A program made the translations under genes and the position numbers. Positions 13,533 through 26,400 of a stretch of 64,000 nt of DNA are shown piece by piece. The notes under the pieces were generated by a model. The model saw nothing but the letters and a program-made list of their open reading frames with translations. It made no database searches and had not been told where the DNA came from. Numbering within the stretch: the stretch's first letter is position 1; each line of letters opens with the position of its first letter. Origin of the DNA: Phoronis australis (taxonomy: Eukaryota > Animalia > Phoronida); NCBI GenBank assembly GCA_002633005.1, contig NMRA01000097.1, forward strand, positions 831,734-895,733, in the 5' to 3' direction.

Positions 13533-13983
13533 TGTTGTAATAGTGCTTCCAGTGAATCATATGAGCCTCTGTTAGCTACTTGCTAACGGGCAATTGCTTA
13601 TTAGCTGAATGGTTAGTACGCTTGCCGGTGTTATGGGGGTCGCTGGTTTGATCCCTGGGTCGGGTAATCTCAACAATCACTACAATTGGTGTAGTCGACA
13701 AACGGATGGTATGCCAAGGAAGCACTGCCTACTCAGGGGCCTGTGGACCTCGGACAGGGAGCAATTGGTGTGGATCCAGAACACAGGAGAGCATTGCTGA
13801 GGGCATATTACAGGACTGCGCCTGTGTTCTATAGGAAAGCGGGGAATGAAGTAGACGTGCCTGCGGTGATATATGAGCCTCTGTTAGTCACTCACTTGCT
13901 TAGTAGCTAAATGATTAGCATGTTCGCCATTGTTATCGCGGTCACTGGTTTGATTTCTAGGTCGAATCTCAGCAATTACTACA
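13533..13983 (+). mobile_element. Non-autonomous miniature LTR retrotransposon (TRIM) with tRNA-like LTRs
   Basis: Direct repeats 13533-13684 and 13847-13983, each TG...ACTACA. PBS TGGTGTAGTCGACA at 13687, PPT AGGAAAGCGGGGAA directly before the 3' LTR, flanks GTAT/GTAC. A box TAGCTGAATGG (13602) and B box GGTTTGATCCC (13645) lie inside the LTR. Confidence 0.8.
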
Positions 13984-14007
13984 GTACCTTATACGCATAG
14001 AGCTGAG

Positions 14008-14280
14008 TGGACATTGCCATCGTCTCTGCTTAACAATAGAGACGGTGATGCTCCCATAGGGTCTTCATATGACGTAAGCTTTTTGGCGAATTGTGCCTCA
14101 CACTGGTTAAACGATCAAAATCACATTGCTATAAATACCTTTAGCGCATGGAGAGACACCTTAGGAGGCCATCGATATTTTAATTCCTTCGAAGTTGAAA
14201 ACAAATACTCCCGTAATCAGAATTTTTTTCGAGCAGTCCTTTGTTCAGTTGCCCAAATCGGCAACTGGCTATTTTTTTCT
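14008..14280 (+). mobile_element. Solo TIR of the same Mutator-like family, just upstream of the kinesin ATG exon
   Basis: CCATCGTCTCTG..., GGCGAATTGTGCCTCACAC, GACACCTTAGGAGG and TTCGAGCAGTCC are collinear with 52278-52550. Confidence 0.7.
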
Positions 14281-14430
14281 TTCTCGCACAGACACCTTTC
14301 CCGTGATTGTTGAGACTTTGCGGTTTGACCACTCACGTTTTATTTCCTTGTGTGTTTAATGCACTGATTAGTTTGTTGTTTACTACCGACAGAGTCTGCT
14401 GGACAGAACTTAGAGCTACGTATAGTAACT

Positions 14431-17400
14431 ATGGCGACCAGAGAGCGAATTAAAGCCAAGAAAAAGAAGGTCACTGCACGAGTGGCCCCTCAAGCTCCTT
14501 TGGACAGTGGTAGGCTTTTTCACTTGTGTTCACTTTGCCCATTAAAGGGCAATAGTCGGATGTAACATGCCCATATTTTGAGAACCAGTTTGGTGCCTGT
14601 TATTTGATGGAGAAAACTGGTTATCAAAGTTCATTTTATGACAATGTTTGTGATCATTGTTGGGTGGGAGAGACTTCATGAAGTTATTATTATTGTTGGG
14701 TGGGAGAGACTTCATGAAGTTATTATTGTTGGGTGGGAGAGACTTCATGAAGTTATTATTATTGTTGGGTGGGTGAGACTTCATGAAGTTATTTGCTTTG
14801 ACTAGAGCTAGAAAATAACATAATCTGTAATGTTTTTGGGATTTGAGATATTTAAAATCACCAATTTCAGCCGGTGTCTAGCACACGTGCTAAAATGAAT
14901 GGCCTGTGGCTTGACGATAAATGTAAAACACTGCCAGCTATATCAAGGGGGATTAGTTTTGGCTGTAGAGTGTAAGACTGTAAACGCAAGGGTACCAAGT
15001 GTAAAGTCTTTTAAGCATATAGGATCGACTGGTGAAAAAGCTTGAAATGGTCAATTGTTGAAGATTACTTTTGAACCAAAAGTGAATTACGCCTTTGTTT
15101 TTGAAATGGACACAGTCTTAACGGGTAAATGGGGTTTAGTATTCGAGATGTCTAGTTATTTGTCATTCTTGAAGTGAATAACTTTGGTGTATGACATCTT
15201 TGTCTAGCAGTAGACATAGAGTTCAGTTCAGAATATGTTAACTTGGATCTCGACTTGACAATTTGACAGGTTGGCTTGAAATGTGATGAAACAGGGAAAG
15301 AATTTGAGTTATGTCTACTGTGTTATCTTACGAATAACGCAGGCATGATTCACTATATGGCAGGGTATTTCTGTTATTTCTAATTGTCACGCAATATTTC
15401 ATAATTTCACGTTGAAGCAAGCGTTTCACTGGTGGAAATTTGATCTATTTTAACTCACTATCGCTGAGTGAGACTTTAACTCACAAATTCATCATTCTAC
15501 ATAGGTTTTGTGTAAAAATAGCATCAAGAAGTTTGCGTCTGGTGAAATTCTGGACAGGTGGAATTCCTGGGTATCTATTTTAATTGAGCATCTTGTTTTC
15601 CACGCGGTCTTGTGTATACAAACTTTTTGATCAAAATATTCATCGATATGTCATAATTTCTGTTGCAATTTTGCATAAACTAATCAAGTGCAATGACCGT
15701 GTTTAAACATTCTCTTTGCTACAGAACTCCTTTCTGATGATGATAACAGGACAGAGCAAACCAATGTAACCATGGAGACGGAGCTGGACATCTCCGGTGT
15801 CCCTGCCGCAGACAGTGCACCTAAGGGCAGCATTATCTCTGTGAAGGAGGCTGCAGGCAGCCAAGATCGCCATGGGTTACCAGAGGTATTTGTTGTCATA
15901 GGAACGTTGTTAATCTCGAGGGTTGTCCCTAGGCAAAACCCCCAACTTGGATTAAACTGTGCATCCCTTTTTGTGTGCCATGCAACTCGCGAACATCCAT
16001 GGTGCAAATTTGCATTATTACACTTGCTGAGGGTTTTACTGTTATTTTTACAACAGACACAGAAATAAGCACCATTTTGTTCTTCTACCCTTCCTTTGAT
16101 GTCACGAATAGAGACTTAAGACTTCAAACATGGCTCGAGATTCTAAAACATAGCTCAGGGGTCTGTCTCAGGAGAAGTGACTTAAAACTTAAGCCAGAAA
16201 TTTGGTCTTACACTCCACACAATAGGTAAATCTCATTTAAGTGGATGTAGGACCTTATTGGCTAGCCTGTGCATTTGGTGATTAATTTTTATCAATCTGC
16301 TATTGATTGGATCATGTGACAGTGTCTTCTTAATAGTAACATTTAGAAAAAAGAAAAGTAGTTCCCTAGCAAAGCGAGGGCAGATCCAGGATTTTTTAAA
16401 AGGGGATGGGGGTCGGATCAAGGATTTTTAAAAGGGGGCCCCAAGTCAACAATGTGAAAATTCTTGATTTGATATCACTAAAATCAAGGGAAATGGAGGG
16501 TCTGGACCCTCTTGACTCCCCTGGATCTGCCTATGAAAGCAACGGTATTTTTTACTAACTTGGCCAAAATTTACTTGATAATGTTCAAGATAAACCCTCC
16601 AAAATAATTTTACAAGTTTCTAAATTATCACTTCATTTTTGTTGTTTGTAAGTCCAGGCCTAGTTTGATACCGCATCATGCAAGTGGTACATTTGTATTC
16701 GTAAACTGCATCTTGGTGAACATTGCATATTCTGAAAGTTTCATAGAAGTCCAATTAGTCATTTCTGTCAAATTCAGACCTTTTCCGAGGGTCTTACATA
16801 ACCGTATCAGGAAAAGTACAGTGTCTGAGAATATTGGGATGACTGCTAGTTACTGAGATAATTTCTAATTTATTTCTGGTCTGTAACGTGAAGTGGGAGT
16901 ACAAAACGGAATTTCTATTTTAGGTCTTAAGTCACAGTCTTGAAACGGACCCAGAGCTTTTCAAATATGTCACCAGCATACCACACATGGCTGGGGATTT
17001 TCAAACATTACGCTGGGCCATGTTCCAGCTCCTTCTCATAGAACACTTTGACAGATAATAAGTGTAGTTGAGTACTAGGATTTAAATTGTACCTTGTAGA
17101 CAATGTACCAGACTGGTGAGATCACTGAGTGAGATCTCTTGCAAATAATAGTCTGCATTCCGTGTGGGAGTACAGCATCTGTTCAATCCCCAATTTGCTG
17201 TACACTTTTTGTAATTAGAATACTGGTAGGTTCGACACAGCACAGATATTTCACCATTATTGTTTCCGTACCTCAATATGTTTTATATAATTTTTTTTCA
17301 AGGTATTGAGTTCACATTGTTTAGCATTCTTTTTACATATGTGTTCTCAGGATGAACGATCAGCCAGTCAGCAGTCGGGCAAGTTTCGCACATCAGAGAT

Positions 17401-20400
17401 TGGCACCCCTGAACCCGCTCGTGGCGGCAGAAGCAAGACCCCCGACACTATTTCGCCCAAGCAGGCTCTCTCCCCGAGCAGCCGGTCTGCCAGCCCCGTA
17501 CCTAGAACCTCAAGCCCTTTGCCTGGTTCCCGTCCCACTACGCCGGGTTCTCGTCCTGGCACACCCAGCAGCTCCCTTCTGCCATTTCGTCGACACAATG
17601 CCGTGGAACCTACGGATGCAGATGTAACCTCTAATGCCGGCAGTCAGGTGTCGCTGCGATCACATCAATCAAGAAGTATGCAATTTGTTACAGCTCTCAT
17701 GTTGAATGCCGTAGAAATTTTGTCTTTAATTGCTAAAAGGTGGAGTTTCAAAATGAAGGATAGTTCATTGTTGCTTTTGCTCGTTTTTGTTGTGGTCAAA
17801 TATCAGCCACGTTCCCCTTTTTAAAATTATTTTAAAATCGCACAAAATTTTCCATATCAGGTCCAAAATTCCACTTTAATGATTAAAAATTCCCCTCAAA
17901 TTTAGAATCCTTCAGTAAAACGTTAAAACATTAGTTTTGGCTACTTGAAGCTGAACCAAGAGTTGTTGACCAGAGTATTGGGTGGTATCCATGTTGAATG
18001 TGCGGTGGCTTTTCCCTTCAACCAAAAAATTCCCCTCTCAGGAGATTCAGGCACCTTTTCCCTCAGGTTGGCGAGGACCTGTTATGTCTGTAGTAAGCAC
18101 CTACCATGTACGAAGACAAATTGTTATGCATTTAATACTGCGTTGTCCATAGTAAAAAGAATGTTGAGGTGTGTTTGAGGTTCATGCTATTCCAACATGA
18201 CAAACAAGGTTACACTTCATTGGTTAATAACTGAAATGTTCTAATCCTAGATTGTTATGTTATCAAACATTCAGCTTTAAGTGTAAATGGATGAACTCTT
18301 CCCAGGGATTTGTGTATTTAAGGTCAATGTGTAAATCCAGGAGATGGCATTTTTTGGACCATATATGCCTGTGCATTTATTTGACAGTTGAGAATATTCT
18401 TGTAGGTGTGTTAACATGGAGGTGTAATGCTGACATATGATCGTTCTCTGCTTTCTAAAAAAGTTTGATTATTAACATCATGTGTATATTTTCAAGATTG
18501 TGAAAATTGTGAAGGTTTCAGAGTTCAATTTTGCACGTTTCCTAATATGCACCCAGAGCATATTTTGTGTTGTAATTGGTTGCGTTTTGGCTGGACTGTT
18601 TGTGTTGGAGCTTTATTGGTTCATACATCAAATGAAAAATATGCCTCCATCATCTTTGTTGTAGCTGCTTGGGCCGATGAAAATGAGAATAATGAGATGG
18701 TTGCAGCCGATTCGATGGAGCGTGGCGGTGCTAAGTCACCTGGTGCCAGCATCATAAGTGTGTCTGAGGCTGCGAAAGACCAAAGAGTGACCAATGTCGA
18801 GGACACAGGTCAGTTGAACACTGGTGTTCAAAAATACTCTAACGCACCACTTTAAGTCACTCTGAATTAGATGAGGCTACAACTCCATTTACCAACCACT
18901 GCTGTAACAGTAAAAATTCTCCAATTTGGGATAGTGAAAAATTAATTATTTCATTCAAGGTAGGAGCTTGTTCCAAATCGGCCTTTCCAAATTCGAGAAT
19001 CACTGGAAAGAGCAAAATTTGAATGCCAAAATCACCCTCGTCCCAAATTCCAGAATCAAGAAAATTTTAAATCAATTTTTGCATTGAGTTTCTGCATGCC
19101 AAATCCTAGAGACTGTCCCAAATTGTCGAACTTTTACCGTAACTCTGAATGATGCTTGGTTATTGAGATTTGATAGCACTGGCCACAGGCATAAGTTCTT
19201 TTGTGACTAGCTTCTTTTGTTTGTCGTGGGGGAAGAGAGAAGACTGTCTGGTTCTCTTTACACAATGTACTGACTTGGTCTGTGCATCTAATAAATAGCC
19301 TAATTGGAATTTTTATCATAATGGTCTAAATACTCTAAAGAATTTGGAAATACAAGAAAGTCTCTTGCTGCCCAAGTCGCGGTACACTTGGCATGTTGTG
19401 AAACCCTTTACCATTCCTAACAAGTGACTTATTGCGTTCTACAAGAGCTCTCACCACGTAGTACATAAAACCTTTACCATTGAAAGTGAACTTTTCTGGG
19501 ATAAGAATTATTTGTGAGTGGTAAAAGTTTTTGCAGTTTACGAAGAAACTGTTTCATGCAGAGTGTCAGTGTTTCTGCCTTTGTTGTGCATGACAAGAAT
19601 TTGATTACCTCCCCTGTAATGAACCTTGACCTGTCATCCTGGGCTTGGTAATAAGACAGTTTTTCATTGCTTGAGGTTTAGTTTGTTGACTTGACTTGAG
19701 ATGGCAGCATAGTTTATGTACCAACCATGGTCTCGGGCAATAGTGAGCTGAATACCCTAAAAGTGCTTCCTTTAGCTCGGAAATCCTTCCTCATCTGAGT
19801 GAGAAACTGGTTGATGATGTCAATTTTACAGCTGCAGAAAGTGATCTTTGATGACCGAATGGGGGTGTATAACCATTTTAAGTGACACGCAAATATGTTA
19901 ATTAAATAAATATGTTAATTAAATGTTAGTGTTGCTAAAATTTCATCAAACTGAATCATTTTTTTTATAGTTCTATATTGTCGAGTTACATTTTTTGATT
20001 TCAACATTTCTCGTTATGCACATGAATGGAGTAAAATTGATCGTGAACATCCTTTTTAATCCTTAACCTCTCTCTGCCTTTCAGACGTGAAAAGTGTGCG
20101 TAGCAGCAGCAGCGCTTCACTATCGCCCCCTAGCATGAAGGGTGAACAACAGGCCTACATCCCGTATGAGTACGCTCGCACCTGTATTGCTAAGATCATG
20201 GACGACATGAAGAGAATGAAACTAAGCCATATCAATATCGTTCATAACATTGAGTTGAACTACAAGGCCATCGAGGATGAGACTCAGGTCTGTAGTGGGC
20301 AGATTGTACCATCTTCGCTTTTAGCTGGTTATTTGCCAGCAGCAATGTTGACAATGGACAATTGGCATTTGCAGTGCTGTCAGCAGTAGTATCTGCTGTT

Positions 20401-23400
20401 AGCGGCGGCAGAATGAATAACTGACATTTTTGATTATTTTGCTAGATGGCGTTCTACAATATCTGACAATTTGACGCGATGTGCAAACTTTTTTGTAATG
20501 AAAATTACGCCAATTTCTCAACATCATATCAGGGTCCTCGATGCCTCGATTTTGATGCGAATATCAGCTCTATTCCCCGTTTGAAAAGATTCAGGGCTTG
20601 GAATTTTCCGCGGAAACGCGGATTTCCGCTTTTTTCAAATGTTCTGTCCGCGCATTTTATTATATTTCCGCGTAAAAAAAATCGGATTTGATCTAAAATT
20701 TCCGCGGCAAATTCCTTTCTTACCGCGGTGTTGCAGACGACGTTCACCTCGAAAAGCGGAAGTTGCTCTTTATGTTTCGGAGGAACGTAAATTGTCAACA
20801 TTGCCGGGGCATCTGGGATAGCGTGGTGGGATTTTCAATGGCGTCTCGTGTTATTGTAAACCACGGCGACAAATACTACGGGTCTTCAGCCAAAAATGTG
20901 TGGATTGGGAGTGGACGGACGAGCTAAAAGGACGCAGACGCATGCTACTGATGGTGGTAACGTTTTTTTTTAGTCCTCCCGATTTTTGTCGGGGGAAGGT
21001 TCACATCGACCATTTCAAGGCTGGGTAGCGCGCATGATTTGGGCCGTAAAAGTTTCCGCGTTTTTTGTCATTGGTCATTCNCTATAAAATCGTGAAACTC
21101 CAATCATCAGACATAAGATTCCCTTTAATGATTAAAAAATTCCTGTCAAGGTTAGAATCACTTCAATGTGTAACACGTTACTTTTGGCTATTGGAGACTA
21201 TGCCTATGAGATCCAGCCACCAAGATGAGGAGTTACCTTGACCAAAAAATTAGCCTCCCAAAAGGCACAGATGAGGGAGGACCCTACACACTCTAAGTCA
21301 AGTAAGAGGGTCTGTTTCTCTGTCCAATTTGTTAGGGTATCAAGAACACTACACTGTCAAAGAGATATAATAATCCCAATACAGTGTCATGTAGTGAGAT
21401 GTGCTGTGTTCAGACCAGCATTGGGTAACTTGGTAACTTGTCTTGACTTTGTTGGGTTCGTGATTCAGAGAGAAATGTGGTGCTGTGGTCCTCTTGGCTC
21501 TTAGCATGTTTATGGTGTTGGTGTGCGCAATCCAAATTTTGTGCTTATTGCTTTAATTCCAGGTTTTCCACGGCAGTTTTGTATTTAAGGTAACCTTGAC
21601 AGTGTCGCTTATCCATAGGTGTAAGGGCAGAATGTCTGGGACACCGACTGAAATCAATAGGTCTAATGTTAAACTATGATTTTATAAACTGGAGATCATC
21701 ACTCATGCTTTAGCTGCAGAAATATAGGCCTCCAAAGGCACTCTCGATAACATTGTTTTGTCCTAGACTTTACATACTGGCATGTCTTATCTGATTTCAG
21801 GGCCAGTTCAATATCTTTGTGCTCAACCTGCGCCGTACATACAAGGAAAAGGTTTACACGTTTAGACAAGTGATTGAGTTGCACCGAGATGACCTCAACA
21901 GGAAACAGGACTATTGGGACGAGTCACTTATCGTAAGTTGCGGGATCAGAATTTAAGAGAATTCGAGGAACTGATGAAAATCAACTGCCATTACTGGAAG
22001 TCCGGATATCCAAAAATTTCTTTCTACTTCATTTTTGCTAAAATTATTATAAGAAGGAATTGTAATGCAGGTCAGATTAAATGAAGCACATTTCCTAGTG
22101 CTGTATCAGTGTGGTATCATATTTTCATTTCAGAGTTTGAGCGAGCGTAATAAGAAGTTATTGAATGACAAGAGAGCACTGTTGATCCGTAACAAGGTGG
22201 AGTTTGAACGTCTAGAGAGAGAGAAGGAAGAAGCGGTCAAGCAGTTAACCCATGAACTGGACACGGTCAATTTCAAAATGTCCGCAGGTGAGGCTGTGTT
22301 AATATTTGACGGTGTTAGATTTGTCTTTGAAGATCTGTACTCCCTCAGCAAGTTTCTGTCCAATACCCGGCCAATTTTTCTCCTGGCACTCTTTCCAATT
22401 TCCAACTCCCTTCCCACCCGTTCAGTCACCCATCCCCCTACCCATCANCCCCTCTTGTACCTTCAGCGACCCCCAACCCTTGTGTAAACACTCTCCCATA
22501 CCAACCCCCTCCCTGCCTGTACCCTATGCCATCCCAACCCCTCCACAGACTCTGCTCTCACCAATCCAATTATCTAGCCCTTTATCAGAAAGTCTAAAAG
22601 TCTTTGAGAATCATAGATTATCACTGACTAAACGTGTATTAATTTCTTGTTTACTTTTAGCTGAAAAAGAGCATGTGGAGTTGATGGAAAAGCAGAGACT
22701 GGAACACGTCCAGGTGGTGGAAGAGAAGGACAAGGAGACTAAGGTATTTGCATGCTTTGGCAAGGCATTGTGGGAACTGTTAGTGACATGTGGTGTTAAC
22801 GCTTTCAAGTGTCCGTGAACGTAATGTACCTAAAAGTAGCACAGTGTAGCTTAGAGTTGAGGAAGTCTAGAAAAAAATGAAAATCGTAAAAGAATGAACC
22901 AAACATTTTTGGGAGAGAATTTTTTTAGGTTATTGGCGGATAAAGTATTATGTTTTTAAAGTTAAGTTTAACTGCAATGTCTCGATCTTTACGTCCAAAG
23001 ACACATATTATTTGGGATTGTTGAGAGAGATAGATATCTTGAAGTTACTTTCTTTGACCAGAACAATAAAACAACGTAATGTATTGTTTTGCAAATCTCC
23101 AATTTTCACCATTATTTACCAGCCGTTCGTTGAAATCAAAGCCGGTGAATTTACCTATTAGGTTCAGCTGTGCCAGTAGAGTGTTGGACTCTGACTACTA
23201 AGGTTGTGAATTCAATATTGCGTTAGGTCTGAGTTCAGAAAACCATTTTTCTCACTTTGAAACATACTCAATATTACAGTGAATATCATTTGACGTGTAC
23301 TAGTAGAACAGATTGTCGTCTCCCACTGGGACACTGTTCGTGGGTATAGGATCGTCTCAACAGGCATTCCCGAAGTAAACATAGCATAATAAACAAACTT

Positions 23401-26400
23401 CCATGTACATCATTCATCCACCATGTACTGGGGTCAGTTTATAAATTCTATGTCATTCACAGATTGTCAAAGATGAACTAGAATCTGAGAAACAGGAAGT
23501 AATTCGCCTGAGAGAGCTGTTGGCAAAGATGAAGGAAGAGGCGAGGGAATCGACTGTAATTGTGGCCGCCACTGCAGCCCCATCTGTTGAGCTAGAGGCC
23601 AGTCAGCAGTCAGAGCCCGCTCCCGTGGTTACTGCGGTGCGAGAATCTTCATTTACTGCCCAGCCGAAGGTCATTGTTACAGGTGAGATTATTCGTTGCA
23701 TTTGACTTTTGCTGAAGCGGTTTCAAAATTAATGAAGTACTTTTAATTTCCAGAATACGGTGACACCCTCTCTGTTTTTATGGTATTTACCCACAATGCT
23801 GTTCAACAGTAGGGCACCTGCCCACAGTTGTGCACTGCTGTCGTGCTAATCAATATTTTACATAGCATTAGTTTGCACTCATCATTCTAATGTCAATAAA
23901 TTGTTTCTGTAGTAGTACAGTAAGTTCCACTATGGATATCACATGTTTAAAGTGTTGAGTGTGACTTGTTGAATCGTTGTTCACTTGTCTGCGATGTGTG
24001 TTAGATGCCGTAATTTTTTAAAACTAAACCAGTTGTGTAATCCATTTTTCTGCCTCTTCAAAGGAAGATATTTGAATCTAAAATGAGGAAATTTGAGGTA
24101 AAATTCAAAGGAAGCTTAGTCATTTAATTGTTGAATGATTCATTTGTTAAATTTTACAACTTTACAGGATTGATGTTTTGCTGCTAATTGGTAAAGGTGC
24201 AATTTGAAATGTGTGCCATTAATGGAAAAATGCATTATATAATATAGTAATGTACACATGGCAATCATCATGAAGTTCTATGTATAAACAAGTACATTGG
24301 TGCACTATGCACTCTTGTCAACAATACACAAACTGGTCCTTTTGTTTAAAGGCATAGTATGCAGATTTCACAAGAAAACAATTTCCATCTATATTACAGG
24401 CTTTAGAATGTAAGTGTTACACGTTGCCTCAAAGCTAAACTTCAGTTGGAGTAGGAAACTTAAAGTTGTTGTTACATCACTGAATCATTCTTGTTCTGGA
24501 TTGCCAAATGTTTTAAGGCTTGTGTGTTTCTTCAGACCTTTCCAAGGAAGAGCGCGAAAAGATGGAGGAAGAACGGCGTTTAATCTCGGAAGAGCGAGCC
24601 AAGATGGCAGAAAGCATGCGGACAATGGAAGCAGAGATCGACAAATTTCAAGAGGATCGTAAGGCGTTCAACGAGGAGAAGAACAAACTGCAGCTGGAGA
24701 TGAATGCTGCGAATAAGGTAGTGATACTGGATGTGTTGTATTGAGATTGAAGAACTATTTGCAGTGAGGAATGAACATGCGCAGTCCTTCTTTCCGTGTT
24801 GTAGTTGTCCCCTGCTATTATGATATTTGCCTTAGCCATGTTTCCATTGACTTTTATGCACAACCTGACCAAACACACTCCTAACTGGTTAAGGTTTAGC
24901 TTAGTTCACTGCCAACAAAAAAATTTACAATTGAAGAAATCATATCAGTATGGACAAACTGTTTTGATTGGGATGGAACTACTTTTTCTGTTATTCAACC
25001 ACTGACTTATAATTTGTTACTATTTTGGAAAACTTCGGTACGAAATTGCTTCAGTCTGATTTTTTGCTCATTTTTCAATTAGACTGTTGATTATTAGCTG
25101 CTCATTATTTCATTGGCAGGAAATCATAGAGTGGAAGACCAAGTATGAGATGCTAAGGTCACAATTGGGTGACCTTGCTGACATCAAGGCAAAATACGAC
25201 GCGCTATTGGCTCAGTTTGAGGTCATGGCGGCTATGTCAAAGGTCGACACAGAGGAGGACAAAAAGAAGGCAGAGGTAAACCCAATCACTTGACTTGACT
25301 TTTGACCTTTGTTGTACTTGAGTCACTCAACTTAGTATTACACTCTGACAGCTGGGTCACTGTTGTTTGCCCGCGGGGAGGGATCTGTGGCCAGAGCCAC
25401 CATCTTCTGCAGAAAACCCCCAAAAAATTCACTGTAATTTCAAGAATGCGTTTTAAAATTAGACCTTCTAATGAGTTAAAAAATTTAGCATTTATCCAAT
25501 CAAATGGATCGGCCGGTGACAGGAGATCTTTTTTTAACTTCACCAGCTTTGTACGTTCGAGGGTCGCAGGTGTACTTTAAACTTTACACTCATCACAACA
25601 TAATTACGCCACTGTCACAAAAATGCACTGAAATTTGAACATTTATTAAGACCAACGTTACTGAAGCAGATTTTATTGTTTTGTCTCGTGGTTCACACTT
25701 ACTGAGTTTTTGCTCAATATTTCCTATAAAGGAAATCCATGGCATCTCTGATATGTTTGGTTTCAGGAAACTATGGCAAAGACTAAAGAAGACCGCGACA
25801 TGATGGAGGAAGAGAAGCAAAAGATTGAGGAAGACATCAAGAAGTGGGAGGCGGAGTTTAAAGCCAACAATGGGCGGGACCCAACTGAAGATGACAAGTA
25901 AGGAGNGCGTGATTGACAGCTTTGCCTGGTGCCTGTAGGGAGGAGATAAAACTAAATCAAATTATGCTTTTGAAATAACCATGTTTATCATGTAGTCCTA
26001 ACACTGAGACTGAATTAATTAACTTAGTACAAATCATACCCTTAAAATCACGGCGTTTATTGGTTAAATCCTTTCAATATAATTTTACACATTGCACTTC
26101 ATTATGTAATAGAAATCTTTTAAACAAGCAATAGCACTTCTTGTAAATCTCCAGCTGAAGATTGACAGACATTTGGTATTTATTCTAAATTGTCAAATAT
26201 GTACATGTATACAAAACACGTTCATGTCTGATCTATGACTGATATTTCCAGGGATGAGTCGGTGAATGAATTCTATGTAATGTTGAATGAGACTCAAGGA
26301 ATGGTAGATAAACTGGACACTCAGCTAGACACCTTAGAGAGCCTCAAGGAGGGCAAGGTGCCTGAGGCCCCCAAGGTGGAGGTCGCACCTATCACCATTG

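Noticed and set aside
21563-21589. 27-bp phase-0 candidate micro-exon (VFHGSFVFK) in the kinesin
   Set aside because: The splice signals are plausible, but the flanking exons join cleanly without it and there is no independent support.
22380-22600. Proline-rich ORF extensions (22065-22487, 22306-22818)
   Set aside because: Read-through into a C-rich intron containing an N. The true exons end at 22287 and resume at 22661.
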